A stretch of 63,915 nucleotides of DNA, filler included, from Octopus bimaculoides (Eukaryota): the NCBI RefSeq assembly GCF_001194135.2. It is 6 parts of 6 records of this genome, joined end to end, with 100 filler letters (N's around TTAATTAATTAA, not from the genome) between each part and the next. Parts side by side here need not be neighbours in the genome. Positions count along the whole stretch, not along the records: positions 1 to 29,566 come from NC_068983.1; 5 more parts are not named here. One strand, 5' to 3'. The position numbers and the translations under genes were made by a program. This document shows, one piece after another, positions 12,085 to 24,479 of the stretch. The number at the start of each line of letters is the position of its first letter. Position 1 is the stretch's first letter. The notes under the pieces were generated by a model. It was not told the DNA's origin. It ran no database searches and saw nothing but the letters and a program-made list of their open reading frames with translations.

Positions 12085-12500
12085 TCTCTTTTGTTTGTTT
12101 CAGTCATCAGACTGGGGCGATGCAGGGGCGATGCTAGGCAGCATACTGAAGGGCTTAGTCGACCCCAATTCCTTAGTTTTTCTTAAGTCTGGTACTTAGG
12201 CTATCAGTTTCTTTGGCCTAACCGGTAAGTTACGGGGACGCAAAGAAGCCAACACCGGTTGCCAAGCGGTGAGGGAGTAAACACACACACACGCGCACAC
12301 ACACACACACACACACACATACACACACATACACACACAAGCACACACATACATATATGCACATACGAGGATCTTCTTTCAGTTTCAGTCAGCCAAGTCC
12401 ATTCGAGACTCTGATCAACCCGGGCCTATAGTAGAAGACATTAGCTCAAAGACCGAGCCATGTGGTTGGGAAGCAATCTTCTTGTCATACATCCATTACA
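12085..12500 (-). mobile_element. SINE family A, diverged
   Basis: gtttcagtcatcagact ... taagttacggggacg ... (CA)n ... ctatagtagaagaca ... ccatgtggttggg. Confidence 0.7.
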
Positions 12501-12641
12501 CATATGTACGTTTGAATGTGTGTATGCATGGTTTTATGTATAAATGTACGCATCATTTTATTTCTGAATCTGTGAATATACTTGTACGTGGGGGAGTTAA
12601 TGCACATATCTATATACATTGACAATAAATATTCTACATAC

Positions 12642-12930
12642 CAGGAACACCAGGAAGTCCGGGTACCCCAGCCGTACCAGGTTCTCCTTTCTCGCCATCA
12701 AGTCCAGCCGGTCCACGTGGTCCCCTTATCGGCAGCTTTATTGGTACAGTTGCTTCTCCGCGGCAAGACAGCTCAAGGTCGCACATGCCTTCCTCTATAG
12801 GTCCATCTCGAGGTTTACGTATAGCACCTGCACCTCTGCTTCGTGCACGAGTATCGCTTCGTCTAGCAACAGCAGTGTATACCATAAAAAGAGCAGTTAA
12901 GACAATGATGATTTGTTGTTTATACCTCAT
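12642..12930 (-). CDS. First coding exon of a secreted short-collagen protein, probably C1q/TNF-related (exon starts at 12960 including 5'UTR)
   Basis: Polypyrimidine tract and AG acceptor at 12962-12961; ATG at 12930; hydrophobic signal peptide MRYKQQIIIVLTALFMVYTAVA; CDLELSC motif; nine Gly-X-Y triplets GPRGPAGLDGEKGEPGTAGVPGLPGVP; phase-1 donor G|GTATGT at 12642/12641. The C1q assignment is inferred because the globular domain is not visible in the window. Confidence 0.85.
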
Positions 12931-14983
12931 GGTTGGTAGTTCTTTCTTGAATTTCAAACTCTGGAATATATAGAAAGAAAGGAAAAAGAACATTAGAATT
13001 GGTTATTCACGCAAATGATCAAAGAAATAGAGTACCATATATAGGACAAGTAACATAGTGATCAAGCCTATATGAGAACCACTAGTTAATCTTTCGGTCA
13101 GCTCTATCCGTCCATCCGTCCATCCGTCCATCTATTCATCCAGATAGGGCGATTAGTCTGGCCAATGTAACCCTTCCACGCCAGATGTCTCGATCAAGCG
13201 ATGAGGCATGAATGTCTCACTTGGGTTTTAGTCACATTGGTCTTTCACCAAATATCTCGCCTGTGCACGCCACGACAGCAGATGATAGCAGTAATTCACT
13301 AACTGAATCGGTTGATCCTGGCCATTGACAGTTTGTTGCCTGTTCAACTGCTCAGCATCTAGTGATTTCGCCATTGATTCTTTGCCAAATTAGTTCACAT
13401 CCACCTTACTACATCCCATGATTTCAACGTATCTTGGCTCGTGTGATCACATGCTATTTAACCCATGGCTGGGACCCTAACAAGTGCTACTACTCTGGGT
13501 CAAAGTAGACCTGGGAATAGTAGTGGCTAAGCGGTGGTTCCACTCCCCTCAAAAACCTGGAACTTCCATGCCAAGCCCTCACTACCCGATGCAATTCAAA
13601 GTCATATCCAAGACTTTTAATATGCAAGAACTAGCAAGCACACCTCCTTTAAATCTTACCATACGGCCTTAAAACAATAAACATCTATTCGAAATTGTAG
13701 CCCTAGATATACAAAAAAAAAATGGGATTGTTACCACTAGAACAACTTTGGTCATAAGTCTTCTCAATAAAAGAGAGATTAGAGCTAAGCACTACCAACA
13801 ACGATAACGCATTTTTAGCGCTAATTCAACAGTAATTAGCCTAGAGGTCACAGTCACTATTTTGTGACACATTATTTGTCAAATATCCCGTTCGATTTCG
13901 CTGAAATATGTACCGAAGTTTAAGAATAGCACATCACTTCAAGCAGTGGTAACACAGTAAATTCAACAGATATTTTGCTAGCTTACAATATTCGTACGTA
14001 TGTATAGCTTGGAGAGACGGAATGAGACGATTTGGTGCTGCTGTTTAGCGGTTGATTATTTGGCATGACTAACTAGACATTCAACCTGTGTTGGTCACGG
14101 TGAGTTTTTGCGATGCAGATAAGCACGCAAGTACACACATATACGCATACATACGCACTCACTCGCGCGTGTGCAGAAAAATACACATGCAGAAAGAGAG
14201 AGTGGGAGAGAGAGGTTTTGCAATTTAGTAATTGAACACGATTAACATAACCACACTCCCTCTCTTCATACACGTAAAGGGAAATATGTTGTCACACCTA
14301 AACAGAGACAGACAGAACAGCCAGCCAGCCAGCCAGACAGATAGACAATGTAAAAGGAAGGGAGAGAACGAATAAAACATTGAAACAGTGGAACATCTGA
14401 TCTCAAATACGTCAGTGACGAATCAGCGACGCCAAATAAGCAGCGCCAAACTGCTGTGCCAAAATGCCTCATATCCTGAAGAGAGTGTGTATACAATAAC
14501 TATGTAGAGTAAGTACGAATAGCTTGGAGAGACAAATATGATTTCCACCATATTGATTTTCTTTCAGTGTTATGCTATGGGAAGACAGAATTTTTAGTGT
14601 TGGCCTTACGATTCGATCGTCTGCAACAGGAAAAATAGAAAAGAAGCAGTTTCTGTTCTAATGTACGAAGATTATATTGCAGTATTATAAACGCAAATAT
14701 AGCTAACGAGTTCTTTATCAATTCGGCGCTCCTCTTAAACGGAATTCCTTTTACTTACTTTTAGCAGATCTGTTATCAACTAGTTAGCCAGAAATTCGTG
14801 TTCAATGCATTTCTTTTCGGACGTGTAGTATAAGCCTGAAAAAATTACTCACTAAATATAATTTATGTCCTTTACATCAAAGAAAAACCACTCTTTATAT
14901 CTCTCTCCGTCTGTCTGTCTCTCTCTCTCTCTCTCACCCCAAAGTTTATGACAGTGAATGGTATTGAATACGCCAGTGGTTAG

Positions 14984-15366
14984 TCTTTACTCTTTTATTT
15001 GTTTCAGTCATTTGACTGCGGACATGCTGGAGCACCGCCTTTAGTCGAGCAAATCGACCCCAGGACTTATTCTTTGTAAGCCTAGTACTTATTCTATCGG
15101 TCATTTTTGCCGAACTGCTAAGTTACGGGGACGTAAACACACCACAATCGGTTGTCAAGCGATGTTGGGGGGGACAAACACAGACACACACATACATATA
15201 TATATACATATATACGAGGGGCTTCTTTCAGTTTCCGTCTACCAAATCCACTCACAAGGCTTTGGTCGGCCCGAGGCTATAGTAGAAGACACTTACCCAA
15301 GGTGCCACGCAATGGGAATGAACCCATGTGGTTGGTAAGCAAGCTACTTACCACACAGCCACTCCT
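14984..15366 (-). mobile_element. SINE family A, full length
   Basis: Both modules intact with a short internal CA/TA tract. Confidence 0.85.
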
Positions 15367-16474
15367 CCTCCTAATTTGATTGCTCAAATTTAAATTAAAA
15401 TGAGATCTACAATAATCACTCGGCTATCGTGGGTGTTATGTTCTCAAACACCCTGCGATAGGTGAAAATCCGCGAAGCAGAAACAATACTGTACTGTATA
15501 TTTTTTGAAATCATTTTTATAATTTGTATATGTTTATTTTATTATAAATGCAAAACAGCACCACAGAGGAATAGACGGAAGCTTAAATAATAAATCACAA
15601 TAGGTGAACCCTGATATGGCGAGGGATTACTGTATTAAAATTAAAAAAGAAAAGAAAAGCCTACACGATATCTCCCTAACTGTTAATGGTTTCAAATTTT
15701 GACACAATGCCTACAACTTCAGGGGAGGTGGGTAGGTCAATAACATTGACCCACGTGTTCAACTGATATTTATTTTATGGCACCTTGAAAGGATAAAAAG
15801 TAAAGCCGACCTCAGCAAAATTTGAACACAGAACGTAAAGAGCGCGAAGAAAATGCCGTTAAACAGTTTGTCCGATCCACTAACTCGTCGCCGTCTCTCT
15901 AACTATTTATTAGTATTCTCTACTATGGGCACAAGACGTGAATTTTTTTTTTTTTTTTTTTGCTTGGTTGGGAGTGATAATCGGTCACATGGGCCCCCAT
16001 TCTCATCCCATTTCTCAACTGGTTTTTATTTTATCGATCCCGAAAAAGATGAAAAACGAAGTCGACGTCAGTGGAATTCGAAGCCAGAACGAGCCGCGAA
16101 AAAAATGTTGCAAAGTATTTTGTCCGACTCACTAACGATTCTTATTTCTTTACTGCCCACAAGGGGCTNNNNNNNNNNNNNNNNNNNNNNNNNNNNNNNN
16201 NNNNNNNNNNNNNNNNNNNNNNNNNNNNNNNNNNNNNNNNNNNNNNNNNNNNNNNNNNNNNNNNNNNNNNNNNNNNNNNNNNNNNNNNNNNNNNNNNNNN
16301 NNNNNNNNNNNNNNNNNNNNNNNNNNNNNNNNNNNNNNNNNNNNNNNNNNNNNNNNNNNNNNNNNNNNNNNNNNNNNNNNNNNNNNNNNNNNNNNNAGCG
16401 GCAAACGAAATACCACTAAGCATTTCACCCGGCGTGCTAACGTTTCTGCCAGCTCACCGCCTTTCTCTAATTAT

Positions 16475-16693
16475 TAATCCTTTTTACTTTATGCACAAGG
16501 CCTGAAATTTGGAGGTGAGGGGGGTCAGTCGATTACATCGGCCTTAGTACGCAACTGGTACTTAATTTATTCGACCCCGAAAGGATGAAAGGCAAAGTCG
16601 ACCTCGGCGGAATTTGAACTCAGAATGTAGCAGCAGACGAAATATCGCTAAACATTTCGCCTGGTGTGCTAACGATTCTGCCAGCTCGACACC
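16475..16693 (-). mobile_element. SINE family C (possible Deu/Nin-domain SINE)
   Basis: Sense strand: gagctggcagaatcgttagcac ... gaggtcgactttgcctttcatcctttcggggtcga ... aagtaccag. The core resembles the Deu/Nin domain as I remember it. Further fragments lie at about 7540-7620, 15690-16165, 21170-21310, 31200-31390 and 32300-32450. Confidence 0.8.
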
Positions 16694-16955
16694 ATTTTTT
16701 CTCTAATTATCAATGAAAACAATTACCATCTATGTACTTCCAGCGAAATGTCCTGAACAATAGTCTTCGTGTGTCTTTATCTCGAATGTGTCCAAGACCA
16801 GGTAAGTAATCTTTCACAACAATAACAAACTGGAGGGAGTAGCGAAGGTGGGGGAGCGTTCGTCAAAATTTGATATTTTTTTGCATATGAAGAACACTTC
16901 GTTGCCCCCATAGAACTCTCAATGTAGCACTATTATGGCAACCATACCTGGATTC

Positions 16956-17221
16956 TCTTTTATCTTTTACTTGTTTCAGTCATTAGGCTGCGGCCATAGT
17001 GGAGCACCGCCTTAAAGAATTTTAGTTGAACGAATCGACCCCAATACTTACTTTTTTCAAGCCTGGTACTTACTCTATCGGCCTCTTTTTGCGGAACCGC
17101 TATAGTACGGGGACATAAGCAAACCAGCACCGGTTGTCCAGCGGTAGTGAGGGACAAACACAGACTCAAAGACACACGCACACACACACGCACACACACA
17201 CACACACACACACAAACACAT

Positions 17222-17252
<31 letters not shown>

Positions 17253-17418
17253 CACATGATGGACTTCTTTCAGTTCCATCCACCAAGTCAACTCACAAAG
17301 GTTTGGTCGGTCCGAAGCTATAGTAGAAGACATCTGCGCAAAGTGTCATACAGCGGGACTGAAACCGGAACCATGTGGTTAGGCAGCTAACTTCTTACCA
17401 CGCAACAACCATGCGCCT
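16956..17418 (-). mobile_element. SINE family A
   Basis: Both modules with an internal (CA)n tract. Confidence 0.8.
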
Positions 17419-18440
17419 GATTATTTTTGTAGATCATAGTAGTTGAAATGTAAATCTCAGAACAGCTCTGCCCCCCCCCCAAGAAAATCTTTCTGAATGC
17501 AATATTTCCTTCAACGAAAACCTTAAGTGTACAACATCACAAAATCCCATACTCCTTCTTGAAAGCTAGCACAATACCAGAATTTTCAACTCTTGACATT
17601 TTCCTCATATATACATTCCATTCATAATTCTCCATCAATTTATATCATATCTTCTCACCATGGTGAGAAGACATGATATAAATTTTATATAACTGAACAG
17701 ATAGAGACATGATATATAGTTCACAACCCAGCATTAACATTCATACTGTGAGGAGCAATATTCATACGAATTCAAATGATTTATTTTCTTGTCTGTAAAT
17801 ACACCCAAGAGCAAAAACCAATAACTATCTCGTTTGTGTTTTTCTCCCCTGCAAACATTTTTCCTAAGCAAACCTGCTACATTTATCTAAAGACGTTGAA
17901 ACTCTCACAAATCTATCTCAACATCAGACGTAGATAACTATTTAAACTACTTAGCTATTTCAACTAAAAGAATGTGTTGTTTCTATGTCTGTTGGTAAAA
18001 TTTTGATTGTTGTTACCATTATTACAACTGCAGCTTTGCCAAAAGTAACCGTTAGTGCTTTCATTGGTTTTAATGCTGGTTTTGTCTTATCATTACCAAA
18101 GTTCTATTTGGTCTCTGCTCTTGTAAATGAACAGCAGTGTTACCGTTGTTTTTGTTATTGTTGCTTTCTATAACAGGAACATTTCGTGCTAATCTAATGT
18201 AATGTATCTGATGTAATTGTTTATTGATTTAGGCAAACACTTTTAAAACAGACGATATTATCTTTCATGTTCGAAGCAAAAATACATCTTTTCTTCGCTC
18301 GAATTCTATTCTTGATGCAATGTCTCTAAGTATTTTCTTTCCAAATTTCTCAAAAATGCATTTTATAATACAAATACAAAAGCAGACTGACTCGCACGTT
18401 ATCAAGAACCGCCTCCGTGGCTACCACCACGGCCACCACA

Positions 18441-18483
<43 letters not shown>

Positions 18484-18489
18484 GATCAA

Positions 18490-18775
18490 TGGGGAGAGTA
18501 GAAGTGATACCAATAGGAATTGGCGCACTTGGAAGTATCAGAACTCACCTACCAACTTGGTTCAAAAAGACTGGTACAAATGTAAAGATAGAACACGTAC
18601 GAAAATCAGCATTGTTTGGAACTGCAAGAATTCTTCGCAGAGTTCTTGAAGCATGGCCAGTAAACAAGTGTCACCATAATCTGCTGGCTGTGGACAGCTG
18701 ACACTTTCCATCATAACCAGCAAAAAAAAAAAAAAGCTGAGAGTTTTCATTAAATAACTAATAATCATCATCTCT
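18490..18775 (+). mobile_element. Second 5'-truncated R4/Dong-like 3' end
   Basis: RVEVIPIGIGALGSIRTHLPTWFKK..KSALFGTARILRRVLEA plus the same 3'UTR (ccagtaaacaagtgtc...gacagctgacacttt) as 4385-4722. Confidence 0.75.
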
Positions 18776-18985
18776 TCCAAAGGCACAAGGCTTGAAATTC
18801 TTTAAGAAAGGGGTCTAGTTGATAACATTGACCCTAGTGCTCAGCTGGCACTTATTTCATTGATCCCGAAAAAAATGAAAGGTAAAGTCTACCTGGGCGG
18901 GATATGAACTCAGAAAATAAAGACTGATGAAATACCGCGAAGCATTTTGCCCGGCGTGCTAATGATTCTGCCAGCTTACCGCCTT
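18775..18985 (-). mobile_element. SINE family C
   Basis: Same consensus as 16475-16693. Confidence 0.75.
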
Positions 18986-19369
18986 ATATTNNNNNNNNNN
19001 NNNNNNNNNNNNNNNNNNNNNNNNNNNNNNNNNNNNNNNNNNNNNNNNNNNNNNNNNNNNNNNNNNNNNNNNNNNNNNNNNNNNNNNNNNNNNNNNNNNN
19101 NNNNNNNNNNNNNNNNNNNNNNNNNNNNNNNNNNNNNNNNNNNNNNNNNNNNNNNNNNNNNNNNNNNNNNNNNNNNNNNNNNNNNNNNNNNNNNNNNNNN
19201 NNNNNNNNNNNNNNNNNNNNNNNNNNNNNNNNNNNNNNNNNNNNNNNNNNNNNNNNNNNNNNNNNNNNNNNNNNNNNNNNNNNNNNNNNNNNNNNNNNNN
19301 NNNNNNNNNNNNNNNNNNNNNNNNNNNNNNNNNNNNNNNNNNNNNNNNNNNNNNNNNNNNNNNNNNNNN

Positions 19370-19650
19370 GGATTTGGTAGACGGAAACTGAAAGAAGCCC
19401 GTCGTATATATGTGTGTATATATATATATATATGTGTGTGTGTTTGCGTGTCTGTGTTTGTTCCCCAACATCGCTTGACAACCGATACTGGTGTGTTTAC
19501 GTCCCCGTAACATAGCGGTTCGGCAAAAAAGTCCGATAGAATAAGTACTAGGCTTACAAAGAATAAGTCCTGGGGTTTATTTACTCGACTAAAGGCGGTG
19601 CATGGCCGCAGTCAAATGACTGAAACAAGTAAAAGAGTAAAAGAAAGAAC
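19370..19650 (+). mobile_element. SINE family A, 3' part (5' part lost in gap)
   Basis: gatttggtagacggaaactgaaagaagcccgtcg ... gactgaaacaagtaaaagag. Confidence 0.85.
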
Positions 19651-19789
19651 GAGTAATTAGAATCCTTGCTCAAGCTACATATACAAGCTAGCAGCTGCAC
19701 GGAGGAATAGCTAAGTATAATAAGGTCGTATAGGAAATTCTGTCCACGGAGACCAGAACCCAAATAACAGCGGTCTTTGTTATCTAATG

Positions 19790-20330
19790 TTTAAAAGTAC
19801 TACAACGGTATTTGACAAAACTAATCTTCACCATAACAGAGTAAGACTGGCTAAATTTTTACAGGAGGAGTCTCATATAAAAGAGAGAGAAAGAAAAGCT
19901 CAAATAACCAGAGAATTCCAGAAACCACGAAAGAAAAGAAGCCTTATGCAAATCATATCAACCAAATCATTGATGATAAGACGCTTTATAAACAAGAATA
20001 CTTCTTTCAGGAGAAAAATGTATTGGAAACAAATATAAAAAGTTTTTACTGAGATATTAACAGGGGGAAAATATATATATATATTAGATAACATACCAAC
20101 ATCAATAGAGGTTAGAGCATTTGGAGGAGAACATGAAATAAAATCATACAGCACGATAAAAAAAAAGTAGAATGGATAATAAGAAGGGATATGAATAAAA
20201 AAAATAAAATCTATAACGTCACAAGTATAGCAGAGCATAACAAGTGAGGAAAACAATAACACGATAAAAACTGCATTCAAATAGCAAGCGAACGGGCTTG
20301 ACAAAAATTACCAATTTCTGACAGAAACAT
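19790..20330 (+). pseudogene. Degenerate non-LTR retrotransposon fragment upstream of RT (R4/Dong-like)
   Basis: ITSEENNNTIKTAFK*QANGLDKNYQF resembles the pre-RT motif IT.EEV...IK....WKAPG.D.I.NFW. Multiple stops. Confidence 0.45.
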
Positions 20331-20649
20331 CTAAGTAGTATATACAGATCTGTGTCATGAGCATTTATTAATCCGTGGCAACAGAATTTATTAATCCATG
20401 GCAACAGCATTCATTAATCTGTAACAACAGACTTCAATGATCACCCTTTTTTTTTTAACAACACGTCTAAAATGTAGCTCAATCTGAATGGCAGAAAATA
20501 TTTTCCTAAAAGACTTGTACTTGATGTACAACATCGATTCTCTTCTGAAACCTTTTACTCCAAAACATTTCCAGATTACTGATTTTTCGAACCAGAGTAG
20601 GTCACCTTGACCAATTAAAGACTCTCAATTAAACAAACACTCTCTCTCT

Positions 20650-21064
20650 TTTTACTCTCTTTTACTTGTTTCAGTCATTTGACTGCGGCCATGCTGGAGC
20701 ACCGCCTTTAGACGAGCAAATCGACCCAGGACTTATTCTTTGTAAGCCTAGTACTTATTCTATCGGTCTCTTTTGCCGAACCGCTAAGTTACGGGAACGT
20801 AAACACACCATCATCGGTTGTCAAGCGATGTTGGTGGAGGGGGACAAACACAGACACACAAACATATACACACACATACATACATATATATACGTATATA
20901 CGACAGGCTTCTTTCAGTATCCGTCTACCAAATCCACTCACAAGGCTTTGGTCGGCCCGAGGCTATAGTAGGAGACACTTGCCCAAAGTGCCACGCAGTG
21001 GGAATGAACCCGGAACCATGTGGTTGGTAAGTAAGCTACTTACCACACAGCCACTCCTGCGCCT
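20650..21064 (-). mobile_element. SINE family A, full length
   Basis: Both modules intact; ends cagccactcctgcgcct. Confidence 0.85.
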
Positions 21065-22353
21065 AATTAAATTAACTTAAATAATTAAATGAAATATAAA
21101 TGTCTGTACAATTGAGTAAATTAGCGAGGACTACAGGAAATATTTCCAAGGTTAATACGATTTAGCGGGCGGGAGGACGGGGGTGTAAGGCAGAATCGTT
21201 AGCCCACCGAGCAAAATACTTAAACCAGCATTTCGTTCGTCTCAGGGTTCTGAGTTCAAAGTCTGCCGAGGTCGTCTTTGCCTTTCATCCCTTTGAGGTC
21301 GACAAGAAACTCCGGACCATCAGTGTCCGCAAAATCACTGTATATTTTGTACTTGTTTCAGTCATTAGACTGCGGCCATGCTAGGGCATCACCTTGAACA
21401 ATTTTTTTTATTCGAATGAATCGACCCCTGTACTTATTTTTTGTGAAGCCTGGTACTTATGCTATCAGTATATTTTGCCGAACTGCTAAGTTACAGGGAT
21501 GTAAACTCTCCAACACCGGGTGTCAGGCGGTGGGGATAGGATGGATGACAAACACAGACATGTGCTGAAATATCTTATGGTTATACATAACCAATGTATG
21601 AACTGATAACCAATATTCAAGAAGAGTAAGAAGAAAACGAAATTTTAAAAAATGGAAGGAGAAACGTGATATGTTTGGAACCTGAATGTAAATCACTGAA
21701 AGTTAGTCACTTCATTCGAAGTTACTAACGACAACCTCTTTTGAATCTGGTCACCAAAGGAAAACTGCTTCCATTGTTCGATAAAAGCAAAGCAGCGGTG
21801 CGATCTTTACGATGAACTCAGATGATAGCTGGACCAATCTTACATGCGACAGCATCTGTCCAACATAAGACCATGAATTAGCAAAGCTCGTATTTTCGTA
21901 CACTGAAGGAAGCATGCAGAACTGTTTCATCGGTCTATGAAGCTAAGGAGTTCATCGTAAGTTCCTGCTCGAAAGTTCTCCGGAGCAGACAAGTTAAGCT
22001 ATCCTCGTCGATGCCCAACATTTTCCCTCACCCTAATCGGGATCGTTTAACACAAGGGAAAACTGTTTAACCACTCCGATAAACCTACAATAACGATTCA
22101 AAAACTACGAGTCAAATAGAAGAATGAAAATGCTGAAAGATAACAGTGTAATACTTGTCAGAGTTATGCTTATTACCTCATGTAATTAATTAATACATTT
22201 GTAATCTTGATAGCGGTCAGTGATCTGATATCACGAGTAAACAAACAATCAGAGCGACGTTTATATGAACACCAAATTGTCCCCCTACCAATGACTAGTA
22301 ATACAAAAAATCGTATCAATTATTTTCAAGATTAATATTAGGGGATTGTAGCT

Positions 22354-22568
22354 CGGCGAGCTGGCAGAATCGTTAGCACGCCGAGCAAAATGCCTATGCA
22401 GCATTTCATCTGTCTTTATGCGCTGAGTTCAAATTCCAGCGAGTCGACTTTGCTTTTTCATTCCTTCGGGGTCGATGAAATATGTACCAGTTAAACACTG
22501 GGGTCAATATAATCGACTCGTCCATCCTCGAAATTTCTGGCCTTGTGTCATAATTTGAAACTAATATT
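22354..22568 (+). mobile_element. SINE family C
   Basis: cggcgagctggcagaatcgttagcacg ... ggccttgtgtcataatttgaaac. Confidence 0.8.
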
Positions 22569-22769
22569 AGGGAACGTGCATACTTTTAAAGGTACAAAAA
22601 CAAAAAGAAAAACATGGCGCATGCACATTTCGACATCATCTGAAACAAATAGCTCAGCATTTGAAAAAAATGAATGATGACAATCTAAATATAGGGATGG
22701 ATCTTACTCCTAAAGCCCCCAACCTCACACACACACACACACAGTATACATAAATAGATGAGAGAATAT

Positions 22770-23350
22770 GTTTCTATTTGATATGCATATTTTACAATGT
22801 AATCTTACCCCCAAAGATCGAAACTTCGATAATATTCTCGCACAATATTCGGATGCAAAATATCTTGGATGCAATAGATTAGATGGCTTAAGAAGTGTAG
22901 TTTCAAAGCACAATAAAATACCAGAAATCGAAAAAGAACATCATATAAAAGAAAGAATACAACGAAAGCACAAGTAATGAATAAAAAAAAAAAACAAATG
23001 TGAAACGCTGACGTTATAAATCACGATGAGAGAGCGAAGACGTGAAAATAAATACAGCAAAACTATACATTTGGAACACCTACAGAATACAGACTAACAG
23101 AAACAGGACTAAAAGAAAGTGACGAATGAGGAATATAACTATGAAATTTTTAAAAGTAGCATTTATGGAAAGGGCAGTCTAAAGGTAAAAGTAATTAAAG
23201 AATTAAAAGCAATCGATCTTTCTAAGGACCAACGATAAAACTGAACGGTAAAATAGCAACGACAATGAAGAATATAAACCTGGCTATCACGGATTTAGGG
23301 AAAATAGTTAGAATAACACAAGACAAGAAATAATATTTACAGCCTCCATT
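22770..23350 (+). pseudogene. Highly degenerate LINE ORF2 fragment
   Basis: A-rich coding-like tract ending YHGFRENS*NNTRQEIIF, similar to the RT motif Q.GFR..RST...IF. Confidence 0.3.
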
Positions 23351-23379
23351 TTGTTATAAAGATAAAAGGATAAGCCCTC

Positions 23380-23542
23380 ATGCGCAGGCGTGGTTGTATG
23401 GTAAGAAGTTTGCTTCCCAAGCACATGGTTCCAGGTTCGGTTCCATTACGTGGTACTTCAGGCAAATATCTTCTACAATAGCTTCGGGTCGATCAAAGCC
23501 TTGTGAATGGATTTGGTAAATAGAAACTGAAAGAAGCCCGTC

Positions 23543-23550
<8 letters not shown>
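23380..23550 (+). mobile_element. SINE family A head module
   Basis: gcgcaggcgtggttgtatggtaagaag ... gaaactgaaagaagcccgtcg, then (TA)n. Confidence 0.75.
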
Positions 23551-23574
<24 letters not shown>

Positions 23575-23846
23575 TAGCTTAAAAGCCGCAGGATAGGGCG
23601 GCTTTTAAACTAGCTCCTGTGGAGGCCTCTTCGTTTGGTCTTGAGCCCAATAATGACACTTTATCTATTGAGTACATATTAAATTTTATTAAATGTGACC
23701 AATATTTTTCAAGCAATGAACGATTTTCATCAAAACAATGATATAATTTGTCGTCTTGGAACTTATTACAAAGCTTCATGATAAACACTTTTTGTTTTCT
23801 CATTCGGGGGTCAGTACAATTTTTTTCTGTCTAACCTCTTTCTTTC

Positions 23847-23904
<58 letters not shown>

Positions 23905-24241
23905 NNNNNNNNNNNNNNNNNNNNNNNNNNNNNNNNNNNNNNNNNNNNNNNNNNNNNNNNNNNNNNNNNNNNNNNNNNNNNNNNNNNNNNNNNNNNNNNN
24001 NNNNNNNNNNNNNNNNNNNNNNNNNNNNNNNNNNNNNNNNNNNNNNNNNNNNNNNNNNNNNNNNNNNNNNNNNNNNNNNNNNNNNNNNNNNNNNNNNNNN
24101 NNNNNNNNNNNNNNNNNNNNNNNNNNNNNNNNNNNNNNNNNNNNNNNNNNNNNNNNNNNNNNNNNNNNNNNNNNNNNNNNNNNNNNNNNNNNNNNNNNNN
24201 NNNNNNNNNNNNNNNNNNNNNNNNNNNNNNNNNNNNNNNNN

Positions 24242-24295
<54 letters not shown>

Positions 24296-24479
24296 TACCC
24301 TACTACCACTTGCCAAACGGTGTTGGTGTGTTCACATCGGTGTAACTTAGCTGTTTCGACAAAGAAACTGATAAAGTAAGTACCAGACTTAAAAAGCAAA
24401 ATAGGTTCTCTGGTTGATTTGTTCGACTAAATGCTTCGAGGCGGGAACAAGTTTTACACAAATGTGACATGGCAAAGAA

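Noticed and set aside
14390-14470. Promoter-like TGACG/CCAAAT motifs upstream of the collagen-like exon
   Set aside because: A similar sequence occurs at about 57160-57210, so it is more likely a repeat remnant than a specific promoter.
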